Virus record (IMG/VR): IMGVR_UViG_3300034013_000240
Span: 3,414-67,413 of that record
Strand: one strand, 5' to 3'
DNA from: a virus
Length of the DNA stretch: 64,000 bases
How positions within the stretch are numbered: the first letter of the stretch is position 1; the number at the start of each line of letters is the position of its first letter. A program made the translations under genes and the position numbers. Shown one piece after another: positions 17,623 to 26,582 of the stretch. The notes below the pieces were generated by a model, which saw only the letters and a program-made list of their open reading frames with translations, made no database searches and was not told where the DNA came from.

Positions 17623-19524
17623 ATGTTAAATAGTATAGGTATATTAATAGGTGGGACAAATAAACTTGGCTCGTACTTAAAGAAACTTATCTTAACCTTT
17701 CAGGCTAGAGTCGCTATTGATTCCGGAAGCTTTGAGGGGTATGATTGCATGGAGTCACTACTCAAACAAAATAATAAATCTATATTAGATAAAGCTTCTT
17801 TAGTGATAACACCAAATGCTTACAAAGAGGGTAAGATATATTCTGTCATTCCTACAGATGGAAGCGGTGATTTATCGGTTGTAAGAGCAACAACTGCTAC
17901 TCGAGTAAATGGTGCAGGATTGATTGAGGAAACTCCTTATAATTTAGTTAGTTATAGTGAATTATTTACAAACGCAGGTTGGGTTAAACAAAGTGCCACA
18001 GTTACTTTAGAATCAGGAACAAGTCCTTTAAATACTCCAATATTTAAAATGTTGGCTACAGGTGGTTTTTCTCAAATATATCAATCTAATAGAGCTACAG
18101 TTGGACTTACTTATAGTACAAATGCTTTAGTAAAAAAAGGTAATTGTAGATATATATTTTTTAGAGCGGCAGATATAAGTTATTATGACTTTAATACGAA
18201 TACATTCTTTGGTACTAATGCTTCAAAAATGTCTGCTCAAATACTTTCAGATGGATGGGTTTTAATAACGATATCTCAATATGTTAGTACTCAAACAGAA
18301 TTAAATATTTATCAATCAAATACAACTAATCCTTATGCGGCTGTAAGTGGTGATTTCACATTTGTATCTTATTATCAAACTAATTTAGGTTCTCCTAAAC
18401 CTTACTTCAAAACGACAGACAGAGCAAACGTACCTCGTTTAGACTACACAAATGCAACTTGTCCGAGTATTTTAGTTGAACCGCAAAGAACTAATTTATT
18501 ACAAAGAAGTGAGGAATTTGATAATGCTTATTGGACTAAAGCAGGTTCTACTATTTCTGCAAACGCTATTAATTCTCCTAATGGTACTTTAACTGCTGAT
18601 AGAATGGTTGACAACATAAGTACTGGAGGGCATTTTGTAGAAAAAGTAATTACAACATCGGCGGGAGTAAATACGTTTTCTGTTTTTTGTAAAAAAGATA
18701 ATAATAGATATATTGAATTATGCGCCGCATGGAATATATCAGATTCAGCAAGATTTATATTTGATTTTGATACTAAAACAATAACATCATTTGGAGCAAT
18801 AGGACCAACAATTACTTATGTAGGTTCTAATATTACAGAGTTACAAGACGGTTGGTTTAGATTATCTTTAACATTTTCTGTTGTTTCATTAACTAATATT
18901 TATTATATATTTGCTTTATCAAATTCTCCAAATGTTGGAACTTCAAATTTAGTTTCTTATTTAGGAGATGGCACAAAAGGTGTATTTATTTGGGGAGCAC
19001 AATTAGAAGTTGGCTCAAACGCTACATCATACATTCCAACAACTACTTCTATTGTTACGAGAAATGCAGATGTAATTTCTAAAACAGGAATAAGTAGTTT
19101 AATTGGTCAAACTGAAGGTGTTATTTATTACAATTTAACATTACTAGACAAACAAGACGATATATTATTTGTGAATTTGTATTCCGACAACTGTATATAT
19201 CTACTAATAAACTCAGCAGGAGTGATAAATCCTGTAATAAGAGCATCTGGAGTTAGCTATAGTATTTCAGGTATAAATGTAACTTCTTTTCCGGCAGATC
19301 TTAAATTAGCGATTAAATATAAATCAGGAGATAGTTCTTTTTTTATTAACGGAGTAAAAGTTGGATCTAATTCGTCTAACTTTTCTTTTAATGCAGGTTT
19401 GTCTTCTTTGAATTTAGTTTTTAATCCTGTTGTTTGGAATTTTAAACAAAAAAAAATAAAGGGAGTTTTATTATTTAAAACAGCATTAACAGATGCAGAG
19501 TGCATACAACTAACAACAATATAA
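17623..19524 (+). CDS. head spike/fibre protein with lectin (ConA-like) domains
   Basis: 'RATTATRVN..G', 'PRLDY…ILVEPQRTNLL', 'WGAQLEVGSNATSYIPT…TRNAD'. Confidence 0.75.
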   Translation: MLNSIGILIGGTNKLGSYLKKLILTFQARVAIDSGSFEGYDCMESLLKQNNKSILDKASLVITPNAYKEGKIYSVIPTDGSGDLSVVRATTATRVNGAGLIEETPYNLVSYSELFTNAGWVKQSATVTLESGTSPLNTPIFKMLATGGFSQIYQSNRATVGLTYSTNALVKKGNCRYIFFRAADISYYDFNTNTFFGTNASKMSAQILSDGWVLITISQYVSTQTELNIYQSNTTNPYAAVSGDFTFVSYYQTNLGSPKPYFKTTDRANVPRLDYTNATCPSILVEPQRTNLLQRSEEFDNAYWTKAGSTISANAINSPNGTLTADRMVDNISTGGHFVEKVITTSAGVNTFSVFCKKDNNRYIELCAAWNISDSARFIFDFDTKTITSFGAIGPTITYVGSNITELQDGWFRLSLTFSVVSLTNIYYIFALSNSPNVGTSNLVSYLGDGTKGVFIWGAQLEVGSNATSYIPTTTSIVTRNADVISKTGISSLIGQTEGVIYYNLTLLDKQDDILFVNLYSDNCIYLLINSAGVINPVIRASGVSYSISGINVTSFPADLKLAIKYKSGDSSFFINGVKVGSNSSNFSFNAGLSSLNLVFNPVVWNFKQKKIKGVLLFKTALTDAECIQLTTI

Positions 19525-19537
19525 TCATTCCCCACAA

Positions 19538-19810
19538 ATGAATATTTACAAATTAACATTTAAAGACCATGACGAAGCTGAATTAACACTTATGGCAAAA
19601 TACGTAATTGATATAGATTCTAATTACATAAACGGAACTCAATCAGTAGTTTATTTAGGAGTTATAGACGAATTAAATCCTAAATATTGTGTTGATATAA
19701 TGATAACTGAAGATGTTGACTTTGGAGATAATGAAATAAAACCACTTAATCCTAAACACAATTTTGCAGGACACTTAATAAATATAGAAACAAATGAAGA
19801 CATACGTTAA
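19538..19810 (+). CDS. fibre-associated small protein
   Basis: Ends 'P.NPKHNFAG'; follows the fibre gene. Confidence 0.6.
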   Translation: MNIYKLTFKDHDEAELTLMAKYVIDIDSNYINGTQSVVYLGVIDELNPKYCVDIMITEDVDFGDNEIKPLNPKHNFAGHLINIETNEDIR

Positions 19811-20231
19811 TTACATACTATCTGGTCTTATACTATTTTTTACACCAATACAAGGACTACTTATTGCTGTTGGAATAGGAATTATACTAGATACGTTTAC
19901 AGGTATTTTTAAATCAGTAAAATTAAATGGATGGTCTTCTATTCGTTCACGAAAACTGTCGAATGTAGTTTCTAAAATGTTGCTTTATCAAGTTTGTATC
20001 GCCTTACTATTTGTTATTGATTATTACGCTTTGAATGAGTTTGTGATACATAGCTTTGGAATAAAATTTATGTTTACAAAGTTAGTATCAATCCTCTTGA
20101 TTTTTATAGAGTTAGTTAGTATTAAAGAAAATATTGAGGAAGCATTAAAGATTAAGGTTTGGACCTTATTAAAAACATTGTTCAATAGAGCAAAAGAAAT
20201 TAAAACAGATATAGATGAAATCACTAAATAG
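19794..20231 (+). CDS. holin
   Basis: 3 TM segments, 'DTFTGIFKS…SRKL…ELVSIKEN'; directly upstream of the lysozyme. Confidence 0.85.
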   Translation: MKTYVNYILSGLILFFTPIQGLLIAVGIGIILDTFTGIFKSVKLNGWSSIRSRKLSNVVSKMLLYQVCIALLFVIDYYALNEFVIHSFGIKFMFTKLVSILLIFIELVSIKENIEEALKIKVWTLLKTLFNRAKEIKTDIDEITK

Positions 20232-20667
20232 TCAAGGATATAAATTAATAACTGGTTTTGAAGGATTCTCTTCAACACCGTATCTATGCAGCGCTAAAGT
20301 CCCTACAATTGGGTACGGAAGTACTTATTATACAAACGGAAAAAGCGTTACAATGAAAGACAAACCTATAACGAGAGCTGTAGGTTTTTGGATGTTTCAA
20401 AAAATAGCTGACGACTTTGCCAAACATGTAAACAAGTTATTGACTTCAGAGGTTAATCAAGAACAATTCAACTCTCTTGTGTCTATATGTTACAACATAG
20501 GTAAAACCAACTTCAGCAAATCAACTTTATTAAAGTTAGTCAATATAAATCCGAAAGACCAAAATATTTATAAGGAGTTTTTAAAGTGGAATAAAGCTAA
20601 TAAAAAAGTAGTTGATGGATTAACTAAAAGAAGAGAAATTGAGGCTAAATTATATTTTAACAAATGA
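20215..20667 (+). CDS. endolysin, GH24 lysozyme
   Basis: 'FEG…PYLCSAKVPTIGYGST…GLTKRREIEAKLY'. Confidence 0.92.
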   Translation: MKSLNSQGYKLITGFEGFSSTPYLCSAKVPTIGYGSTYYTNGKSVTMKDKPITRAVGFWMFQKIADDFAKHVNKLLTSEVNQEQFNSLVSICYNIGKTNFSKSTLLKLVNINPKDQNIYKEFLKWNKANKKVVDGLTKRREIEAKLYFNK

Positions 20668-21140
20668 AAAAACTAATATTAATACTTTTACTATTATTAA
20701 CTTCTTGTGGGGCTAGAAAAGTATCTAAGATTGAAATAAAAACAATCAAGGATAGTACTTTTACTAAAGTATCCGTAGATACATCTTTAAGAAGCACAAA
20801 TGTAATTGATACATCTTACATTGTTAAAGACTTAACTATAGACGAGATAGAAGTTTGTCCTATATCTGATACTATACCTATAATTGTAAATGGAGTTGTT
20901 TATAAAAACGCTCGTTTAAAGATTAAAAAAACAAAAGACAATACTTTATACTCAAATAAAAAGATAGTGTCTGAAATAGAAGATAAATCATCTAAAGAAG
21001 AGGTTTCTGTTACTAAATCAGAGAAGATAGATGAGTCTATAAAAGATATTGATAGAGATAACACAAAAGGGTTTTTTATAATGATTATATTTGTAGTCAT
21101 TATTATATACTTAATAGACAGATATGGGAAAAATAAATAA
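20664..21140 (+). CDS. lipoprotein, probable unimolecular spanin
   Basis: Lipobox LTSC plus C-terminal TM helix, third gene of the lysis cassette. Confidence 0.7.
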   Translation: MKKLILILLLLLTSCGARKVSKIEIKTIKDSTFTKVSVDTSLRSTNVIDTSYIVKDLTIDEIEVCPISDTIPIIVNGVVYKNARLKIKKTKDNTLYSNKKIVSEIEDKSSKEEVSVTKSEKIDESIKDIDRDNTKGFFIMIIFVVIIIYLIDRYGKNK

Positions 21141-23706
21141 TTACTCTAAAGATGCAGCAGTAACCGCTAGCGATAAGTGGGTTGGCTCTGACTTTGAGAA
21201 TAATGGATCTACTAAAAACTTTACGCCAACATCTATTGCTAAGTATCTTAACGATAACAATGTGATAAATATTGGTTCTGATTTAAGGTATAGATACCAG
21301 ACATTAAATCCTGGAGAAGTTAGAGGTGTAGGAACAATATCTTTTGAATCTGAAAGAGGAGCTTCAGTTGCGTTTTCAGGTATAACAACATTCTTGCTTT
21401 CTAAAAGAACATTAAAGCAAAATGATGTATCTCAGTATCTTCAATTTTTAAATGGAGGAAGCATTATAATAAATAGTGCTGAAAATCAAAATCTATTTGG
21501 ATTTTATAATGTAGTTAATTTATCAGAGTACGCTTTAAATAATGATTTTTACTCTGTTGAATTACAGTATATTGCTGGTAATGGAGGCATATTAGAAGAT
21601 ACTGATTATATATTTTCTTTAATAAAAGATAAGTATTCAAGTACTGGTAAAGAGCAAGTTAATTCGGACTGGAACTCTACAGAGGGAGTTTCTGAAATAT
21701 TAAATAAACCAACTTCGTTGTCTGAGTTTACAAATGATGAAGGGTTTATAACTATTGATGATGTTCCAGAAGTTAATGGTATTCCAGTTGGCGGAACTAC
21801 TGGTCAGATACTTACTAAAGCTAGTAGTGAAGATTACGATGCTGTTTGGCAAGAAAACTATGCTGATTGGACATCTGTTGTTAAGCACACGGTAAAAAAC
21901 AATGGGGTAGAGGTTTTATTAAAAGGACGACCTGTTTATTGTACTGGTTCTAATGGAACAAATAAACTTGTTGGATATGCAGGAAATCAATCAGAAGCTA
22001 CATCTAGTAAGACTATGGGATTGCTTCAATCTCAATTAAACATTAATGGCTCTCAATCTACTGGATTTGTTATAACCGAAGGGCTTCTTGGAGGGTTAAA
22101 CACTTCGTCAGCATCAGCTGGAGATCCTGTTTGGTTAGGACCTACAGGTACTCTTATTTATGGGTTAACTAATAAACCATACGCTCCAGCTCACCTGGTA
22201 TTCATAGGTATAGTTACTAAGGTTAGTAGTGGTAACGGAGAGATATTTGTTAATATTCAAAATGGATTTGAGCTCAATGAAATTCACGATGTAGATTTAA
22301 AGACTACAGTACCTATAAATGGAGATTTATTAGGATTCGATGGTACATTATGGGTAAATAAAACTATTGCTGGATGGTTAGGATATACTCCTTTTCAATT
22401 ACCAGCTTTAACAAATGGTTCAGTATTATTTTCAAACGGCACTACAATTGCTCAAGATAATGCAAACTTCTTTTGGGATAATACAAACAAGAGATTAGGT
22501 ATTGGAACTAATACTCCATCACAATTACTCAGTGTCGCAGGTAATATGAATCTATCAACAGGTGGTTTTATTTACGGAAATACTTTAGATGCTTCACTTA
22601 GGTTAACCAATGGAGGAGGTTCTATTTTAAAATTCGCAAGCTCAAACATAGGATTGTATAGCACCTTAACTGAAATAGTAGCAAGCAATAGAGTTACTAC
22701 TTTAATTGGTGCATCAGAAATAACAAGAGTTACTTCGGCAGGATTAGGTATTGGAACAACAGTGGTAGGCGCTAGACTTGACGTAAGAGCTCAAGGTGCA
22801 TTAAGTACTGATATAGCGTTTAGAGTTAGAAATAGTGCGGATACATTAGATACAGTTCAAGTAAGAGGAGATGGGGTTACAAACTTTAACTTAGCAACAG
22901 GGCAAAGTATTTCGTTCACTCATGCAGGTGGAACAAGACTAAACCTAGACGGCACTTCAGTAGCGTACAGAACTGGAAATAGAATTATATTAGGTGGAGG
23001 AAATGATTTTCTTGATTTTTCAACAGCCAATTCCACTAAAATGACGGTAAATAATTTAGGGAATGTTTCAATAGGTTCAACCACAGCTGGTGCAAGACTA
23101 GACGTAAGAGCACAAGGAGCGTTATCAACAGACATATCTTTTAGGGTTAGAAATAGTGCTGATACTTTTGATACGATTAATGTAAATGGAGTACAAGCAA
23201 CTATAAGAAATAATTCAAGTACATCAAGTACTTTAAGATTACAGAATAGTGGTGGAGGTAGAGTTTTAGAATTTTTAGATATTAACGGAAATGCTTTTCA
23301 ATGGATTGACCAATCAGGTACTCGTTTTACCGATGTTTCAGGAAATTATTTCATAGCTAGAACTCAAGGTACAGCAGCTTCACCTTCATATACTATAAGT
23401 GGACTAGGAGGAATAGGAGGTGTAAACGGAATGATGATGTTTGCAATGGGTGGTAATAGGAGAATGTTCCTTACATCGGATGGGTGTCTAAGGCTACCAG
23501 CATCAAATGATTACGGTGCGGACTTGCCACACGCATCCGCAAAACTTCAATTAGACGCTACAACTCAAGGGTTCCTTCCTCCAAGAATGACAAATGCACA
23601 ACGTTTAGCAATAGCAAGTCCTGCTATTGGATTAATAGTGTATTGTACTGATATGGTAGAGGGATTGTATGTAAACAAGTCCACAGGGTGGCAATTCATA
23701 ATTTAA
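21124..23706 (+). CDS. tail fibre / receptor-binding protein
   Basis: 860 aa, Gly/Thr/Asn-rich; RLGIGT and duplicated GARLDVRAQGALSTDI.FRVRNSADT; C-terminal GFLPPRMT…GLIVY. Confidence 0.8.
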   Translation: MGKINNYSKDAAVTASDKWVGSDFENNGSTKNFTPTSIAKYLNDNNVINIGSDLRYRYQTLNPGEVRGVGTISFESERGASVAFSGITTFLLSKRTLKQNDVSQYLQFLNGGSIIINSAENQNLFGFYNVVNLSEYALNNDFYSVELQYIAGNGGILEDTDYIFSLIKDKYSSTGKEQVNSDWNSTEGVSEILNKPTSLSEFTNDEGFITIDDVPEVNGIPVGGTTGQILTKASSEDYDAVWQENYADWTSVVKHTVKNNGVEVLLKGRPVYCTGSNGTNKLVGYAGNQSEATSSKTMGLLQSQLNINGSQSTGFVITEGLLGGLNTSSASAGDPVWLGPTGTLIYGLTNKPYAPAHLVFIGIVTKVSSGNGEIFVNIQNGFELNEIHDVDLKTTVPINGDLLGFDGTLWVNKTIAGWLGYTPFQLPALTNGSVLFSNGTTIAQDNANFFWDNTNKRLGIGTNTPSQLLSVAGNMNLSTGGFIYGNTLDASLRLTNGGGSILKFASSNIGLYSTLTEIVASNRVTTLIGASEITRVTSAGLGIGTTVVGARLDVRAQGALSTDIAFRVRNSADTLDTVQVRGDGVTNFNLATGQSISFTHAGGTRLNLDGTSVAYRTGNRIILGGGNDFLDFSTANSTKMTVNNLGNVSIGSTTAGARLDVRAQGALSTDISFRVRNSADTFDTINVNGVQATIRNNSSTSSTLRLQNSGGGRVLEFLDINGNAFQWIDQSGTRFTDVSGNYFIARTQGTAASPSYTISGLGGIGGVNGMMMFAMGGNRRMFLTSDGCLRLPASNDYGADLPHASAKLQLDATTQGFLPPRMTNAQRLAIASPAIGLIVYCTDMVEGLYVNKSTGWQFII

Positions 23707-23719
23707 AAACAAATACAAA

Positions 23720-24028
23720 ATGGGATTATTAGTAAAATCAACAAAAGAATCAAAGATTATTATTACTGGCACAACAATTGAAATGCCAGAGGTTTATTGT
23801 AGAATTGAATTTGCTGGTAGAGCAAATGGAACTACTTTAGAAATCGCTTCTTCAAACTATGCAAGCGAGTTGGCTTTTAAAGAAGGAGCTACTCCTATAA
23901 CAACAAACGTTCCAAATGGAAACTTAACTGTTGAGTTAAAAAAAGAAGAGATGCAAACAATTGAGACTGCATTGAATTATATAAAATCAGCTCTTGAATT
24001 ATCTGGTTATGAAGTCGAATATATTTAA
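23720..24028 (+). CDS. hypothetical protein (possible fibre chaperone)
   Basis: 102-aa ORF after the fibre gene. Confidence 0.6.
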   Translation: MGLLVKSTKESKIIITGTTIEMPEVYCRIEFAGRANGTTLEIASSNYASELAFKEGATPITTNVPNGNLTVELKKEEMQTIETALNYIKSALELSGYEVEYI

Positions 24029-24071
24029 CGACTTTTTAAAATTATTATCTTTGTAAAAAAAATAAACTAAA

Positions 24072-25412
24072 ATGGGAAGAATACAAGATTATCCAATAGA
24101 TGCAACTCCTGAAAATGGTGACATACTATTAGGAACAAATGTTTTAGATGCTAAAAAGTCAAAGAATTACTCTATTCAATCAATAGTGTCTCTAGTTCCT
24201 GTAGGTCCTACTGGCTCTCAAGGCATAGCTGGTCCATCAGGTCCAATAGGTCCAGTAGGTCCGTCTGGTCTTAATTGGAAAGGGGTTTGGAACACCAATA
24301 CATCTTATGTTAAAGATGATGTTGTTAGTTTTGGAGGGTCTTCATGGTTTTGCATATCTCCAATATCTACATCAGGAAACAACAATCCTACAATTGATAT
24401 TTCTACTTGGTCTCTATTAGCTTCTCAAGGAGCGCAAGGTGTTCAAGGTCCTCAAGGTCCTACTGGAGCTCAAGGTATTCAAGGTAATGTAGGTCCTGAA
24501 GGAGGCATTGGTCCAGTTGGTCCTGCTGGTCTTAACTGGAGAGGCTCTTGGAGTTCAGAAGGAATTTATATTGAGGATGATGCCGTTGCTTTTGAGGGAG
24601 CTTCTTGGTTTTGCATTAACAACGTGTCGGAGAATGATACTCCTCCTCCGGCAGATACTTCTAATTGGGCATTATTAGCTTCTCAAGGAGCGCAAGGTCC
24701 TGCCGGTAGTAATGGTTCTCAAGGAATACAAGGAGTTCAAGGAATACAAGGAATTCAAGGAGTTCCAGGTCCAATAGGTCCTCAAGGAGTTCCAGGTCCT
24801 GCCGGAACAATCACTTTCACTAACGGCTCTGTTTCCGCTACAACTAGTCAATCTTCAGCATCGAATGTATTGTTGTTTGATTTTGTAACTGTAACTGGTA
24901 ATGGAAACCAAAATGTCAGACTTCCTGAAAACCAACCAATAGGTAAGGTCATACAAGTAACTTATAATTCAGTAGGTGTTCAAAAGGTTCAGATAAACGT
25001 TAGAACATTTGACTTACAATCTAAAATATCAATAAATAGTTCTAATTCAAATTCAGCTATTTATTATTTAAGTAATTACGATACCGTAAAGTTTATTTCA
25101 AGAGGTAGTAATTTTTGGACGGCAGAGTATGTTTCTGGAACTAATTTATCATTCAATGATATGCCTATTGTAAATTCAAACAACTACAATATAGTTGAAA
25201 CAATATATAACGGAACAACTTCTGAACTGTCTTTGTCTCAGTTAAATACTACTTATCCTAGTGTTTCGACAATTGTTGATACGCCAGTCGGACTAAAGGT
25301 TTATTGCCCAAATATATCAACTGGAGGTCTTGTTTACGTTAGAGTTGTAAACAACGAACCGCCATTATTGAATGATGTTTGGGTGTCTATGCCTATAGAA
25401 ATTGTAGCTTAA
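24072..25412 (+). CDS. collagen-like (Gly-X-Y) fibre protein with two CBM-like W-rich repeats
   Basis: GPxGxQ runs; GLNW.G.W…DD.V.F.GSSWFCI…W.LLASQG x2; TATCTTTG promoter at 24046. Confidence 0.85.
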   Translation: MGRIQDYPIDATPENGDILLGTNVLDAKKSKNYSIQSIVSLVPVGPTGSQGIAGPSGPIGPVGPSGLNWKGVWNTNTSYVKDDVVSFGGSSWFCISPISTSGNNNPTIDISTWSLLASQGAQGVQGPQGPTGAQGIQGNVGPEGGIGPVGPAGLNWRGSWSSEGIYIEDDAVAFEGASWFCINNVSENDTPPPADTSNWALLASQGAQGPAGSNGSQGIQGVQGIQGIQGVPGPIGPQGVPGPAGTITFTNGSVSATTSQSSASNVLLFDFVTVTGNGNQNVRLPENQPIGKVIQVTYNSVGVQKVQINVRTFDLQSKISINSSNSNSAIYYLSNYDTVKFISRGSNFWTAEYVSGTNLSFNDMPIVNSNNYNIVETIYNGTTSELSLSQLNTTYPSVSTIVDTPVGLKVYCPNISTGGLVYVRVVNNEPPLLNDVWVSMPIEIVA

Positions 25413-25433
25413 TACATAGTATGTGTTTAAATG

Positions 25434-25465
25434 AAAAATGCCATTGTTAATCTTTGGCATTTTTT
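25434..25465 (+). terminator. intrinsic terminator
   Basis: AAAAATGCCA…TGGCATTTTTT. Confidence 0.6.
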
Positions 25466-25498
25466 GTATAAATTTGCCAATAATTAAATTTAATAAAT

Positions 25499-25717
25499 AT
25501 GAATGAAATAAGAAAAATAACAATAGGCGTTGATTACAAAAATTCAATGCACTACGTAGTTGGACAGACGGTACTTACGTCTTATGTTTTACATGCAATT
25601 ACAATAAATGAGATTGGTAGTTATTTGGTTTGGATAGAAAAAGACCAAGAAATTGTTCTTTGGAAAGAAATAAACAAGAACCTTCCTATAGTAATTGAGT
25701 TTAATATAAACTACTAA
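25499..25717 (+). CDS. conserved small phage protein
   Basis: 'IRKITIGVDYKNSMHYVVGQ…WKE.NKN.PI.IEFN'; TAAATTTG promoter at 25469. Confidence 0.7.
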   Translation: MNEIRKITIGVDYKNSMHYVVGQTVLTSYVLHAITINEIGSYLVWIEKDQEIVLWKEINKNLPIVIEFNINY

Positions 25718-26283
25718 TGAAGAGTCCATATAATTTTATTGTATCTCCATCCGGAGAGCAATATAACAACACAAAGAAGATTGGTGGCGTTGAGTTAATT
25801 GTAAATACATCAATGGAGATGGCTAAGTATGTAAATAGAGAGGCTATTGTTATTGAGCTTCCTATATACTATGAAGGAGATATTAAAGTTGGTGATAAGG
25901 TAGTAATACATCATAATATCTTTAGGACCTACTACGATATGAAGGGAAGACAAACAAGGTCTCCTGAGTACTTTAGAGATGATATTTACATCGTAAATCC
26001 AGAGAGAATATATCTATACAAAAGAGATGGAGTTTGGAAATCTCACCTAAACTATTGCTTTGTAAAACCAATTGGTACAATACAAGATTCAAATATGTTT
26101 AATACCGAGAAAGAACAAAAACACACTGGGGAATTAGTTTATTTAAGTAAGAAGCAAGAGGAAGAAGGTTTTAATGTTGGCGACATAATTGCGTTTACTA
26201 AAAATAGTGAATATAGCTTTGAGATAGACGATGAAAAACTTTATAGAATGTACGATAGAGATATTGTAATAAAATTAAATTAA
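25717..26283 (+). CDS. GroES-like (tandem-domain) protein
   Basis: Two 'VGD.V/I' GroES-like repeats, ending 'YSFEIDDEKLYRM'. Confidence 0.6.
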   Translation: MKSPYNFIVSPSGEQYNNTKKIGGVELIVNTSMEMAKYVNREAIVIELPIYYEGDIKVGDKVVIHHNIFRTYYDMKGRQTRSPEYFRDDIYIVNPERIYLYKRDGVWKSHLNYCFVKPIGTIQDSNMFNTEKEQKHTGELVYLSKKQEEEGFNVGDIIAFTKNSEYSFEIDDEKLYRMYDRDIVIKLN

Positions 26284-26285
26284 AT

Positions 26286-26582
26286 ATGCAAGATAATAAA
26301 CAATTAAAGCAAATGATTATAAGTGCTGCTTATAAATCAGTTACGGAACTTATAAAGGTTTTAGCCGATGAAATCATAACAGACGACCCAAATGTTGATA
26401 TATCGGCAGATAAAATGAGGAATGCTGTTTTAGCAAAAAAGACAGCGTTAGATGATGCTTTCTATATTTTAAATAAAATAGAGAGCGAACAAGAGATATT
26501 AGATGGAACAGAAAAAACAAAGGAAGATGAGCCAAAATTTAAAACATTTGCAGAAGGAAGAAGCAGAGGCAGTAAATCTTAG
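26286..26582 (+). CDS. hypothetical protein, candidate terminase small subunit
   Basis: 98-aa helical ORF immediately upstream of and overlapping TerL. Confidence 0.45.
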   Translation: MQDNKQLKQMIISAAYKSVTELIKVLADEIITDDPNVDISADKMRNAVLAKKTALDDAFYILNKIESEQEILDGTEKTKEDEPKFKTFAEGRSRGSKS

